Source: Alphaproteobacteria bacterium
GTDB taxonomy: Bacteria; Pseudomonadota; Alphaproteobacteria; SP197
NCBI GenBank assembly: GCA_964291415.2
Contig: OZ219917.1
Span: forward strand, 1 to 64,000
Reading direction: 5' to 3'
Length of the DNA stretch: 64,000 nucleotides
Shown here: piece by piece, positions 18,134 through 27,835 of the stretch
Layout: the number at the start of each line of letters is the position of its first letter
Numbering within the stretch: position 1 is the stretch's first letter
The notes under the pieces: model-generated
Database searches by the model: none
The model's input: the letters and a program-made list of their open reading frames with translations, nothing else
What the model was told of the DNA's origin: nothing
Made by a program: the position numbers and the translations under genes

Positions 18134-19179
18134 GCGCCCGCAGCGGCTACTTCCTCGAGGACTTCGACGTCGGACGGGTCTTTCGTCACGCCACGCCGCG
18201 CACCATCACGGCCGGTGACCGGTCGCTTCATGTCGCTCTCACGGGATCGCGTTTCGCCATGGCGTCGGCCGACAGCTTTGCCGCGTCCTGCGGCTTCGCC
18301 CGGGCGCCGGTGGATGACGTCCTGGTCTTCAACATGGTCTTCGGCAAGACGGTCCCCGACATTTCGGCCAACGCGATCGCCAATCTCGGTTACGCCTCCG
18401 GGCGGTTCACAGCACCGGTCCATGAAGGGGACACGCTCGATGCCGCATCCGAAGTGATCGGCAGGCGGGAACTCTCCAATGGCCGGTCCGGCATCGTCTG
18501 GGTGCGTTCGACCGGACGCAACCAGGATGGCCGGACCGTGCTCGACTACGTGCGCTGGGTGATGGTGAACAAGCGCGATCAGGCGAGTCCGGCACCCGAG
18601 GCCATCGTGCCGGAGCTTGCCGATGCGGTCGATCCCGCCTCGATCGCGATCCCGGACGGACTCGATCTATCAGGGTACGACTGGGCTGCAGCCGGCAACG
18701 GCACGGACTGGAACTCCCTCACGTGCGGTCAGCGGTTCGACCACGTTGACGGCATGACCATCGAGGAAGCCGAGCACCAGATGGCGACGCGCCTCTACCA
18801 GAACACCGCGCGGGTCCACTTCGATCAGCACCGGTCGTCCGCCACGCGCTTTGGCCGGCGCATCGTCTACGGCGGCCACATCATCAGCCTCGCCCGGGCC
18901 CTCTCGTTCAACGGCCTTTCCCATGCCTGCCTCGTGGCTGCCCTCAACGGCGGCCGGCATACGGCCCCGACCTTTGCCGGAGACACCATCTATGCCTGGT
19001 CGGAGGTGCTGGCAAAGGCGGAAGTCGAAGGCCACAGGGACGTCGGCCTGGCGCGCCTGCGCACCGTGGCGGCGAAGAATCACCCATGCGACGACTTCCC
19101 CGATCACGATGACGATGGCCGCGACCATCCCGACAAGGTGCTGGATCTTGACTACTGGGTGGTGATGCCCCGGCGTTGA
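18130..19179 (+). CDS. mch: Mesaconyl-CoA (2-methylfumaryl-CoA) hydratase, double MaoC
   Basis: HATPRT, VFGKTVPDIS.NA.ANLGY, HVDGMTIEEAEH..ATRLYQNTARVHF. Confidence 0.88.
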   Translation: MSARSGYFLEDFDVGRVFRHATPRTITAGDRSLHVALTGSRFAMASADSFAASCGFARAPVDDVLVFNMVFGKTVPDISANAIANLGYASGRFTAPVHEGDTLDAASEVIGRRELSNGRSGIVWVRSTGRNQDGRTVLDYVRWVMVNKRDQASPAPEAIVPELADAVDPASIAIPDGLDLSGYDWAAAGNGTDWNSLTCGQRFDHVDGMTIEEAEHQMATRLYQNTARVHFDQHRSSATRFGRRIVYGGHIISLARALSFNGLSHACLVAALNGGRHTAPTFAGDTIYAWSEVLAKAEVEGHRDVGLARLRTVAAKNHPCDDFPDHDDDGRDHPDKVLDLDYWVVMPRR

Positions 19180-19213
19180 CCCAAAGCGCGCCGGGACAAT
19201 AGACTCAGCAACC

Positions 19214-19627
19214 ATGTCGACTGCTCAACCAGAAGGCGAAGCCGGCGCCGCGCGGCCGCTGTCGCCGCACCTCCAGGTCTACCGACCGCAGATCACATCC
19301 GTTCTCTCCATTACCCATCGCGTGACCGGCGTGCTGCTCTCGATCGGCATCGCCGGTCTCGTGGCCTGGCTGGCGGCTGCGGCGGCAGGACCGGAGAGCT
19401 TCGCAGTCGCGCGCGAGATTGCCGGTTCGTGGCCCGGACTGCTCATCCTCTTCATCTGGTCCTTGAGCCTCGTCTACCACCTGCTGAACGGCATCCGGCA
19501 CCTGGTGTGGGATACGGGACGCGGTCTCGCGCTGAAGCCGGTGAGGGTGTCGGGATGGGCAGTCGTCGGCGGCACGGTCATCCTCACCACCCTTGCCTGG
19601 GTGCTCGGCGCCACGGTGGCCGGCTAG
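19214..19627 (+). CDS. sdhC: Succinate dehydrogenase cytochrome b556 subunit
   Basis: RPLSPHLQVYRPQ.TS.LSI.HR.TG; HLLNGIRHL.WD. Confidence 0.95.
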   Translation: MSTAQPEGEAGAARPLSPHLQVYRPQITSVLSITHRVTGVLLSIGIAGLVAWLAAAAAGPESFAVAREIAGSWPGLLILFIWSLSLVYHLLNGIRHLVWDTGRGLALKPVRVSGWAVVGGTVILTTLAWVLGATVAG

Positions 19628-19975
19628 ATGGCGAACCCGAAGCAAGGCGCGCTGCACTGGCGCCACCAGCGCCTGTCGGCGCTTGCCCTCATTCCCCTCA
19701 CCCTTGTCTTCATCGGCCTGCTGCCGACCCTCGCGACTGCCGATCATGAAGCTGTTGTAACTCTCATGGGGACCGTCATCGTTCCGGTCTTCCTCGTGGC
19801 GCTCCTGGGAGCCGGCCTCTGGCACATGAAGCTGGGTCTCGAGACCATCATCGACGACTACGTGGGACGGGGATCCTGTGGTTCCATGCTCAAGGTTCTC
19901 GTCATCGCTGCCGTGGTCGTGCTGGCGGCTGTCGCCGTCGTCTCGCTCGTCATGCTCACGGTGGGCCACGCATGA
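19628..19975 (+). CDS. sdhD: Succinate dehydrogenase membrane anchor
   Basis: HW..QRLSA, HMKLGLE.IIDDYV; operon position. Confidence 0.92.
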   Translation: MANPKQGALHWRHQRLSALALIPLTLVFIGLLPTLATADHEAVVTLMGTVIVPVFLVALLGAGLWHMKLGLETIIDDYVGRGSCGSMLKVLVIAAVVVLAAVAVVSLVMLTVGHA

Positions 19976-21762
19976 AGACCGCCTACACCATTGTCGATCA
20001 TGCCTACGACGTGATCGTGGTCGGGGCCGGCGGGGCAGGCCTGCGCGCCACCCTGGGCCTGGCCGAAGCCGGCCTGTCGACTGCCTGCATCACCAAGGTC
20101 TTCCCGACCAGGAGCCATACCGTCGCCGCCCAGGGAGGGATCTCGGCCGCCCTGGGCAACATGGGCGACGATGACTGGCGCTACCACATGTACGACACCG
20201 TCAAGGGCTCCGACTGGCTCGGTGACCAGGATGCGATCGAGTACATGTGCAAGGAGGCTCCGGCCGCGGTGATCGAACTCGAACACTACGGCGTGCCGTT
20301 CTCACGCACCGCTGAAGGCACCATCTACCAGCGCGCCTTCGGCGGCATGACCACGGAGTACGGCAAGGGCACGGCCCAGCGGACCTGCGCCGCTGCCGAC
20401 CGCACCGGCCATGCAATCCTGCACACGCTCTACCAGCAGTCCCTGCGCCACGAAGCGCAGTTCTTCATCGAGTACTTCGCCCTCGACCTCATCATGGACG
20501 ATGACGGCGCCTGCCGGGGCGTGATGGCCTGGTGCCTGGAGGACGGCACCCTGCACCGGTTTTCCGCGGCGCTGACCATCCTCGCGACCGGCGGATACGG
20601 CCGCTGCTACCTGTCGTGCACCTCGGCGCACACCTGCACGGGCGACGGCAACGGCATGGTGCTGCGCGCCGGGCTGCCGCTGCAGGACATGGAGTTCGTC
20701 CAGTTTCACCCGACCGGGGTCTACGGCGCCGGTGTCCTCATCACGGAGGGCGTGCGAGGAGAGGGCGGCTACCTCGTCAACGGCGAGGGCGAGCGGTTCA
20801 TGGAGCGGTACGCCCCTTCGGCCAAGGACCTGGCGAGCCGCGACGTGGTGTCGCGCTCCATGACGATCGAGATTCGCGAGGGACGCGGCGCCGGCAAGGA
20901 GAAGGACCACATCCTGCTCAAGCTTGACCATCTCGATCCCGATGTCATCGCCGCGCGTCTTCCCGGCATCTCCGAGAGTGCCAGGATCTTCGCCGGCGTG
21001 GACGTGACGCGCGAGCCGGTTCCGGTGCTGCCGACGGTCCACTACAACATGGGAGGGATCCCGACCAACCATCACGGCGAGGTGGTGGTGCCGCGGGACG
21101 GCGATCCCGACGCCGTGGTGCCGGGTCTCATGGCGTCCGGCGAGGCGGCCTGTGTTTCGGTGCACGGCGCCAACCGCCTGGGATCCAACTCGCTGCTCGA
21201 TCTCGTCGTGTTCGGCCGCGCCGCGGCCCTGCGCGCCGCCAGCGTTGTCACGCCCGGCGGCACACCAGAAGACCTGCCGACCGGCGCCGGCGACGCGACG
21301 CTCGAACGATTCGACCGGTTGCGCCATGCCGACGGCGGCACGCCGACGGCCCGGCTGCGCGAGATGATGCAGCGCACCATGCAGAATGACGCCGCGGTGT
21401 TCCGCACCGAGTCATCGCTCCAGGAGGGATGCCGCAGGATGGCGGAGGTCTTTGCCGGGCTCTGCGACATCCAGGTCAGCGACCGCTCCCTGGTTTGGAA
21501 CACCGACCTCATGGAGACATGGGAACTCGACAACATGCTGCGGCAGGCCGTGGTCACCATCGTCTGCGCCGAGCACCGCAAGGAAAGTCGCGGCGCCCAT
21601 GCCCGGGAGGACTACACGGAACGCGACGACGAAAACTGGATGAAGCACACCGTCGCCTGGCTTGACGACGACGGACACCACAGGATCGATTACCGGCCCG
21701 TGCATCTCGACACGCTGACCGACGAGGTGGAGAACATTCCGCCCCAGTCCAGGGTGTACTGA
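19972..21762 (+). CDS. sdhA: Succinate dehydrogenase flavoprotein
   Basis: [40 protein letters not shown]. Confidence 0.98.
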   Translation: MKTAYTIVDHAYDVIVVGAGGAGLRATLGLAEAGLSTACITKVFPTRSHTVAAQGGISAALGNMGDDDWRYHMYDTVKGSDWLGDQDAIEYMCKEAPAAVIELEHYGVPFSRTAEGTIYQRAFGGMTTEYGKGTAQRTCAAADRTGHAILHTLYQQSLRHEAQFFIEYFALDLIMDDDGACRGVMAWCLEDGTLHRFSAALTILATGGYGRCYLSCTSAHTCTGDGNGMVLRAGLPLQDMEFVQFHPTGVYGAGVLITEGVRGEGGYLVNGEGERFMERYAPSAKDLASRDVVSRSMTIEIREGRGAGKEKDHILLKLDHLDPDVIAARLPGISESARIFAGVDVTREPVPVLPTVHYNMGGIPTNHHGEVVVPRDGDPDAVVPGLMASGEAACVSVHGANRLGSNSLLDLVVFGRAAALRAASVVTPGGTPEDLPTGAGDATLERFDRLRHADGGTPTARLREMMQRTMQNDAAVFRTESSLQEGCRRMAEVFAGLCDIQVSDRSLVWNTDLMETWELDNMLRQAVVTIVCAEHRKESRGAHAREDYTERDDENWMKHTVAWLDDDGHHRIDYRPVHLDTLTDEVENIPPQSRVY

Positions 21763-21804
21763 CCATGCCGGGTTCCCGTCCGCCACGCACCGGAGCGATT
21801 CGCC

Positions 21805-22587
21805 ATGGCTAAGTTCAGACTGCCCAGGAACTCGAGGGTGAGGGTCGGCAAGGCTCATCCCGTGCCGCAGGGCAGCTCCCGGCGCACCCGCTTCAAGATC
21901 TACCGCCATGATCCCGACAGCGGCGACGGCCCGCGCCTCGACACCTACGAGGTCGATCGCGACACCTGTGGCGAAATGGTTCTCGACGCCCTCATCACGA
22001 TCAAGAACGAGATGGATTCGACGCTCGTCTTCCGCCGGTCGTGCCGCGAGGGCGTGTGCGGTTCCTGCGCCATGAACATCGATGGCGTCAACACGCTCGC
22101 CTGCACGAAACCCCTCGACGACATCTCCGGCGACGTCCGGGTCTACCCCCTGCCCCACATGCGGGTCATCCGGGACCTCGTCACCGACGTCTCGCATGTC
22201 TACGGGCAGCTCGCCTCGGTCAAGCCATGGCTGCGCTCGCAAAGTGCCGCGCCGGAGGCAGGGGAACGCCTGCAATCGCCGGACGAGCGCGAGAAACTCG
22301 ACGGCCTCTACGAGTGCATCCTGTGTTTCTGCTGCCAGACGGCCTGCCCGAGCTACTGGTGGAACGGCGAGACGTTTCCGGGTCCCGCCGTTCTCCTGCA
22401 GGCCTACCGGTGGGTGGCCGACAGCCGCGACGAGGCAGGAGACGAACGGATCGCCGAGCTCGACGGCGCCGACGAGCTCTTCCGCTGCCGCACCATCGTC
22501 AACTGCACGAATGCCTGCCCCAAGGGCCTCAATCCGGCCCGCGCCATCGCCGAGGCCAAGAAGCGCGCGGCACAGTCGCCCCGCTGA
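21805..22587 (+). CDS. sdhB: Succinate dehydrogenase iron-sulfur subunit
   Basis: [32 protein letters not shown]...CPKGLNP. Confidence 0.97.
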   Translation: MAKFRLPRNSRVRVGKAHPVPQGSSRRTRFKIYRHDPDSGDGPRLDTYEVDRDTCGEMVLDALITIKNEMDSTLVFRRSCREGVCGSCAMNIDGVNTLACTKPLDDISGDVRVYPLPHMRVIRDLVTDVSHVYGQLASVKPWLRSQSAAPEAGERLQSPDEREKLDGLYECILCFCCQTACPSYWWNGETFPGPAVLLQAYRWVADSRDEAGDERIAELDGADELFRCRTIVNCTNACPKGLNPARAIAEAKKRAAQSPR

Positions 22588-22653
22588 ACCATGGGCTGAT
22601 CCACCACGCCGGTCCATGATGCTCCAGGCAGCCGGATCGGCCGAGAACCTTGA

Positions 22654-23397
22654 TCAGGGCTGCGAAGCGACGACGCCGCGGATGATCTGCCGCACCTTCC
22701 CTGTGGATGCCGCCAGGATGCCGGCCATGTCCTCGACCCGGATCGGGCCCGGGGCGCGCCCCGCCGCGGCGTTCACCACGATCGCGAGATGCGCATAGGC
22801 GATGCCGGCTTCGCGCGCGAGCGCCGCTTCCGGCATCCCGGTCATCCCGACGATGTCGCTGCCATCTCGTTCCAGGCGGTCGACTTCGGCCGCGCTCTCG
22901 AGCCTCGGGCCTTGCGTGCACGCGTAGGTGCCCCCGGCGGTGGCCGCGATGCCGGCGCGCGCGGCGGAGCGCAGCAGCGCTGAGCCGAGCGCACTGTCAT
23001 AGGGAGCGGTGAAGTCGACGTGACGGGGCACGTCGAGGTCATCCTCGAAGAAAGTGTGCTTGCGTCCCCACGTGTAGTCGACGATCTGGTCCGGAACGAC
23101 GAGAGATCCGGGCACGAGGTCGGCACGAATTCCGCCGACCGCGGCCAGCGCAACGATGCGCTCACATCCGGCGGCTGCGAGCGCAGAGATGTTCGCCCGG
23201 TAGTTGATGCGATGCGGCGGAATGCGCGAGGGCGTGCCATGGCGGTGCAGGAAGGCAACGCGGGCGCCTTCGAGCACGCCTTCGAGAATCGGCCCGGACG
23301 GCATGCCCCAGCGCGTTTCGTCGTCCCGGCGCGCCTCGACCTCGAGTCCCTCGAAGTCGAGAAATCCGGTGCCGCCGATGATACCGAGCCGATTCAT
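22654..23397 (-). CDS. S-methyl-5'-thioinosine/thioadenosine phosphorylase
   Basis: GIIGGTG, RHG....PPH.INYRANI, TQGPRLES.AE, VGMTGMPEA.LARE, VVN.AAG (Asn rather than Asp suggests MTI specificity). Confidence 0.85.
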   Translation of the reverse strand: MNRLGIIGGTGFLDFEGLEVEARRDDETRWGMPSGPILEGVLEGARVAFLHRHGTPSRIPPHRINYRANISALAAAGCERIVALAAVGGIRADLVPGSLVVPDQIVDYTWGRKHTFFEDDLDVPRHVDFTAPYDSALGSALLRSAARAGIAATAGGTYACTQGPRLESAAEVDRLERDGSDIVGMTGMPEAALAREAGIAYAHLAIVVNAAAGRAPGPIRVEDMAGILAASTGKVRQIIRGVVASQP

Positions 23398-24030
23398 TGC
23401 GTCCCCGCAGTCTCAAGAATGAGCGCCGAGACCCGCCCTGATGCCTCGAGGCTCCTGTCGATCACCTCGATATCACAAAAGCCGGGGTCTCTGGCATGGC
23501 CTCCGAGCCGGCGCATCGAACGCGCAGAGGCTCCACATGTGGCCAAATGCTGTTTCAGAAGGCTGGCGGACGCAATCCCAGGGCGAGCATCGCAGACGGC
23601 GGCGGTTTCTTGAACGCGTTCGCCCTCAAGGCGGTCCGACATCGCATCCCGGAGACCGAAGGGTTCGACTCCAGCGCGGCGCTCGCGGATGCCGGAGGAT
23701 GGATGGCATTCTCGAGCGCCATCGCGCATGGGTCGCAAGGCAGCAGGAAGAACGGGAGAAACAGCAACGGACGACTCGCGAGCGAAGCCGCGGGCGCGGG
23801 TTCGGCATGTAAGAACAAGCGAGGTGGTCCAGGACGTGACGCTCTGTCTGGATCGGATGCGAGACTTCTCCAATGGAGCACCGTCGGCGTGCTCGCGATG
23901 ACGGGAGCAGCCGTCCCGCGGATTGCCATTGTCAACGCTCAATGTCGCGAGCCTCCGGCGACTGTGCGATGGTGCCTGTCTCGTCGCCGCTTCAGGCTAC
24001 TGTCGGCACTGAAGGAGGAGAATGCCGAAC

Positions 24031-24657
24031 ATGAACCGGACGCTCACGGCCCTGGTCGGGATCAGCCTGTTCTGCTCGGTCGGAATCGCGCAAGCTCAGT
24101 GGCCGGAAGTGGATCCGGAGGAAGGGCGGTTGCGCATGGGCCTCGGCGACGGCACGGCCGATCGCTACTGGATCAGGGAGGACGAAAGCTGGTTCAAGGC
24201 ATTTCGATGCGAGAGCGGCACGTGGGACTTTCTGGGGTCCTCCCTGCCGTTCAAGACTGAAGCTACCTTCTGCTGGACCGGTGGCCTGTCCGCGTGGCTC
24301 GGGGGTGGCAGCTACCACGAGATCGAATCCGATGAATTCTTCGAGAGCTTCGACGAGACGGACAAGGCCAGCATCAAGTCCAGGAGCACAGAAGGGCCGA
24401 CGATAGACACCGTGATAGGGACCGTCAGCACGCACGAATTCGACATTCGTGGGGACAGGTCCGGTGGTGAGTTCAGACAGTGCATGGGCTTCTCCGTGGG
24501 CTGGGATCGGGGATTTGGTCTCGAGGGCGTCCATTATGGCAAGGCACTCGACTTCTACGCCTGCGGGGTGTCTGGCTCCTCAGTGGCGGAGCCCGGGTTG
24601 CGGCGTGCCCTGTCGGGCTTCAGCATTGAGGGCGAGTTCGAGGCGCTGGTGGAATAG
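24031..24657 (+). CDS. Hypothetical exported protein
   Basis: Signal peptide (MNRTLTALVGISLFCSVGIAQA); gaaggag RBS; coding-like composition. Start may be 24022. Confidence 0.65.
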   Translation: MNRTLTALVGISLFCSVGIAQAQWPEVDPEEGRLRMGLGDGTADRYWIREDESWFKAFRCESGTWDFLGSSLPFKTEATFCWTGGLSAWLGGGSYHEIESDEFFESFDETDKASIKSRSTEGPTIDTVIGTVSTHEFDIRGDRSGGEFRQCMGFSVGWDRGFGLEGVHYGKALDFYACGVSGSSVAEPGLRRALSGFSIEGEFEALVE

Positions 24658-24910
24658 CGCCGCAGTTGATGCCCGACTCACGGTGCGAAGGCGAAGCGAC
24701 AGCCGAAGAGATCCTGGCCAGCATGATCAAGGCCTCACGCGTCTCGGGGCGCAAGCTCCGGAGACGGGAGCGTCAAACCGCATACCGACGAGCGCGGCAC
24801 GCAGCATCCTGGACACTCACGAGGATCCTTGCGAGGGAACATGGGTGTTCCAGGCATTGGCCAGCGCGGAGCAAGCCGGTGACGTAACGGCCACCGGGGT
24901 GGAAGGCCGA

Positions 24911-24951
24911 CCATGTCTTGACATGGCGAAAATAATTCTACATTTATAGAA
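24911..24951 (+). promoter_or_regulatory. Promoter/operator of the arsR operon
   Basis: TTGACA at 24918 within the inverted repeat CCATGTC-tt-GACATGG; a second inverted repeat TTCTA-N6-TAGAA lies just before the ATG in an AT-rich patch. Confidence 0.55.
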
Positions 24952-24953
24952 CT

Positions 24954-25280
24954 ATGGAAGCGTCCCGTGCCATCGACCTCCTGCAGGCCCTTGCCCAGGA
25001 CACCAGGCTTGCGGCCTGGCGGTTTCTCGTGAGGGCGGGGCCGGAGGAGACGCCGGCGGGAGTCATTGCCCGCCATCTCGACATTGCGCCTCCGGTGCTG
25101 TCGTTCCATCTTTCCTGTCTCGCGCGGTGCGGCCTCGTCGTGTCACGGCGCCATGGGCGCCACGTGATGTACGCGGCTGACCTCGACGTCATGAAGGACC
25201 TCACGGACTTTCTCGTCGAGGACTGCTGCCTGGGTTTCGATGCGGGGCTGGATCCCACAACCATCGTCACGGAGTCATGA
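24954..25280 (+). CDS. arsR: ArsR/SmtB-family regulator
   Basis: ALAQDTRL..WR.LV..GP, LSFHL, and a C-terminal CC pair (EDCC). Confidence 0.85.
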   Translation: MEASRAIDLLQALAQDTRLAAWRFLVRAGPEETPAGVIARHLDIAPPVLSFHLSCLARCGLVVSRRHGRHVMYAADLDVMKDLTDFLVEDCCLGFDAGLDPTTIVTES

Positions 25281-25283
25281 GCC

Positions 25284-25748
25284 ATGAAGCGCGTGCATGT
25301 CAGCGTCAATGTCGACAACCTCGAGGAAGCCGTGCGCTACTACGCGGCACTCTTCGGAGCCGAACCCGATGTCCTCAAGGAGGACTATGCCAGGTTCCGT
25401 CTCGATGAGCCCTCGATCAACTTTTCCATGACCTCCAGGGGACGCAGGACCGGCCTCGATCACATGGGAATCGATGTCGACAGCGAAGAGGAACTCTTCG
25501 AGGTGACCCAGCGGCTCGAGGCCGCCGGCCAGGCGACAAGCGAGATCGCGGAAGGCGTATGCTGCTACGCCCAATCCAGGAAATCGTGGTCAGTCGATCC
25601 TGCCGGCGTTCCCTGGGAGACCTTCCACACCAGTGCCGGCGCCACGGTCTATGGCACCGACCGGATCGATGACGGCGCCATCGCCGCCTCGGCAAGGGAG
25701 GACGGTCGCACGATCACCTCCGCGGCGCGCGAGGCGTGCTGCAGCTGA
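25284..25748 (+). CDS. ArsI/CadI-family VOC metalloenzyme
   Basis: MKRVHV, DYARF.LDEP..NF, LDHMGI, CCYA...K.W..DP.G..WETF. Confidence 0.88.
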   Translation: MKRVHVSVNVDNLEEAVRYYAALFGAEPDVLKEDYARFRLDEPSINFSMTSRGRRTGLDHMGIDVDSEEELFEVTQRLEAAGQATSEIAEGVCCYAQSRKSWSVDPAGVPWETFHTSAGATVYGTDRIDDGAIAASAREDGRTITSAAREACCS

Positions 25749-25876
25749 ACCACTGCAATCGGGGGGCGTGCGCCATGCCGGCCTCCCGAGGGCGCCGGAG
25801 CCTGAGATTCTCCTTGCCTTCGAAGGGCCATTTCTGATTGTTTCGTGGCTTCTTGCAATCCGACAAGGGGGCCGCA

Positions 25877-27376
25877 ATGGCTGACATGCTTCACCACTAC
25901 TTCGGCGGCCGCCGGGTCGCCGGCAAGTCTGGCCGTTGTGGTGATGTGACCAACCCGGCGACCGGTGAGGTCATTCACCAGGTGCCGTTTGCCTCGAGTG
26001 GCGAGGTCGATGAGGTGATCGCCACGGCGTCCCGGGCACAGCCCGGCTGGGAGGCGATGACGCCGCAGAATCGCGCCCGCGTCATGTTCCGTTTCAAGGC
26101 CCTCGTCGAGGACCACATGGACGAGCTCGCGGAGCTCGTGTCGCGTGAACACGGCAAGACCCTGGACGATGCCAGGGGCTCGGTGACCCGCGGTCTGGAG
26201 GTCGTGGAGTACGCCTGCGGCATCGCCCAGATGCTCAAGGGCGAATACTCCGGCCACGTCGGCACCGGTGTCGACAGCTGGTCCCTGCGCGCGCCGCTGG
26301 GCGTCGTCGCCGGCATCACGCCCTTCAATTTCCCGGCCATGGTGCCGATGTGGATGTTCCCCATGGCCATCGCCTGCGGCAACACCTTCGTTCTCAAGCC
26401 CTCCGAAAAGGTGCCGTCCTGCGCCCTGCGCCTGGTCGAACTCCTGGAGAAGGCGGGGGCGCCTGAAGGTGTCCTCAATGTCGTCAACGGCGACCGGGAA
26501 GCGGTGGAGGCGTTGCTCGCCTCGCCGACGGTCCAGGCCGTCAGCTTCGTCGGCTCCACGCCCATCGCCGAACACGTCTATCGCACCGGCACGGCGAACG
26601 GCAAGCGCGTCCAGGCGCTTGGTGGCGCCAAGAACCACATGGTGGTGATGCCGGATGCCGATCTCGAGCAGGCAACCGACGCCCTGATGGGCGCCGCCTT
26701 CGGCTCGGCCGGTGAGCGTTGCATGGCGGTCTCGGTGGCCGTGGCGGTGGGCGACAGGGTGGGCGATGCCCTGATCGAGCGCCTGAAGCCGCGGGTCGAA
26801 TCCCTGAGAATTGGCCCCTACACCGACAGCGAAGCGGACATGGGTCCGCTCGTGACGGCTGCGCACCACGCCAGGGTCAGCGGTTACATCGATTGCGGCG
26901 TCGAGGAGGGCGCCGACCTCGTCCTCGACGGACGCGGGTTCAGCCTGCAGGGATACGAGAACGGCAACTTCATCGGCGGATCGATCTTCGATCACGTGAC
27001 GTCCGACATGCGCATCTACAGGGAAGAGATCTTTGGTCCGGTCCTGTGCGTGGTGCGCTCGGAGGACTACGAGGACGCGCTGCGTCTCGTCAACGAGCAC
27101 GAGTTCGGCAACGGAACGGCGATCTTCACCCGCGACGGCGATGCCGCGAGAGACTTTGTCCAGCGTTCGCGCATCGGCATGGTCGGCGTGAACGTCCCCA
27201 TACCTGTTCCCGTCGCCTACCACAGTTTCGGCGGCTGGAAGCGTTCACTGTTCGGCGATCACCACATGCACGGACCGGAAGGGGTTCGGTTCTACACCCG
27301 CCTCAAGACCGTGACGGAACGCTGGCCCTCGGGCATCCGCAAGGGGGCCGAGTTCGTCATGCCGGTCCTCCACTAG
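25877..27376 (+). CDS. mmsA: CoA-acylating (methyl)malonate-semialdehyde dehydrogenase
   Basis: ITPFNFPAMVPMWMFP, GGAKNH, GSAGERCMA, EEIFGPV, GVNVPIPVP, FGGWKRSLFG. Confidence 0.95.
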   Translation: MADMLHHYFGGRRVAGKSGRCGDVTNPATGEVIHQVPFASSGEVDEVIATASRAQPGWEAMTPQNRARVMFRFKALVEDHMDELAELVSREHGKTLDDARGSVTRGLEVVEYACGIAQMLKGEYSGHVGTGVDSWSLRAPLGVVAGITPFNFPAMVPMWMFPMAIACGNTFVLKPSEKVPSCALRLVELLEKAGAPEGVLNVVNGDREAVEALLASPTVQAVSFVGSTPIAEHVYRTGTANGKRVQALGGAKNHMVVMPDADLEQATDALMGAAFGSAGERCMAVSVAVAVGDRVGDALIERLKPRVESLRIGPYTDSEADMGPLVTAAHHARVSGYIDCGVEEGADLVLDGRGFSLQGYENGNFIGGSIFDHVTSDMRIYREEIFGPVLCVVRSEDYEDALRLVNEHEFGNGTAIFTRDGDAARDFVQRSRIGMVGVNVPIPVPVAYHSFGGWKRSLFGDHHMHGPEGVRFYTRLKTVTERWPSGIRKGAEFVMPVLH

Positions 27377-27380
27377 ACCC

Positions 27381-27782
27381 ATGGCGCTGAACACCACGGC
27401 AAGGCGGATGGTCGAGGAGGCCACTGCCGTCATCGAGAGCGTTCCCGTCGACGAAGCCCTTGCCCTCGTGCATGACGAGACCGTGCTGTTCGTCGACATC
27501 CGCGACGTGCGCGAACTCGACCGCGAAGGCATGATTCCGGGGGCCTGCCATGCACCGCGGGGCATGCTGGAGTTCTGGGTGGATCCGGAGAGTCCCTATC
27601 ACCGGGACGTCTTCGCCAGCGACCGGAAGTTCATCCTCTACTGTGCCGCCGCCGCCCGCTCCGCCCTGGCGACGAAGACCCTGCAGGACATGGGATTCGG
27701 ACCCGTTGCCCAGCTGGCGGGCGGGTTCGCCGCCTGGAAGGCGGCGGGCGGCGACGTGGTGGAACGCCCCCGCAAGTCCTGA
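27381..27782 (+). CDS. Rhodanese-like protein
   Basis: VDIRDVREL, RGMLEFWVDPESPY, YCA...RSAL, GGF.AW. Confidence 0.9.
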   Translation: MALNTTARRMVEEATAVIESVPVDEALALVHDETVLFVDIRDVRELDREGMIPGACHAPRGMLEFWVDPESPYHRDVFASDRKFILYCAAAARSALATKTLQDMGFGPVAQLAGGFAAWKAAGGDVVERPRKS

Positions 27783-27788
27783 AGAGCG

Positions 27789-27821
27789 GTGGCGGAGCAG
27801 CCATCCTGGCCGCTCCGCCAC
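27789..27821. terminator. Hairpin between the convergent rhodanese and BCCT genes (duplicated at 34380-34412)
   Basis: GTGGCGGAGC(A)GCCA-tcc-TGGC(C)GCTCCGCCAC; no U-tract. Confidence 0.5.
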
Positions 27822-27835
27822 AACCTGATCGAGGC

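Noticed and set aside
17252-22587. mcl2-mch-sdhCDAB linkage as a novelty
   Set aside because: This is a known arrangement in Alphaproteobacteria that use the ethylmalonyl-CoA pathway.
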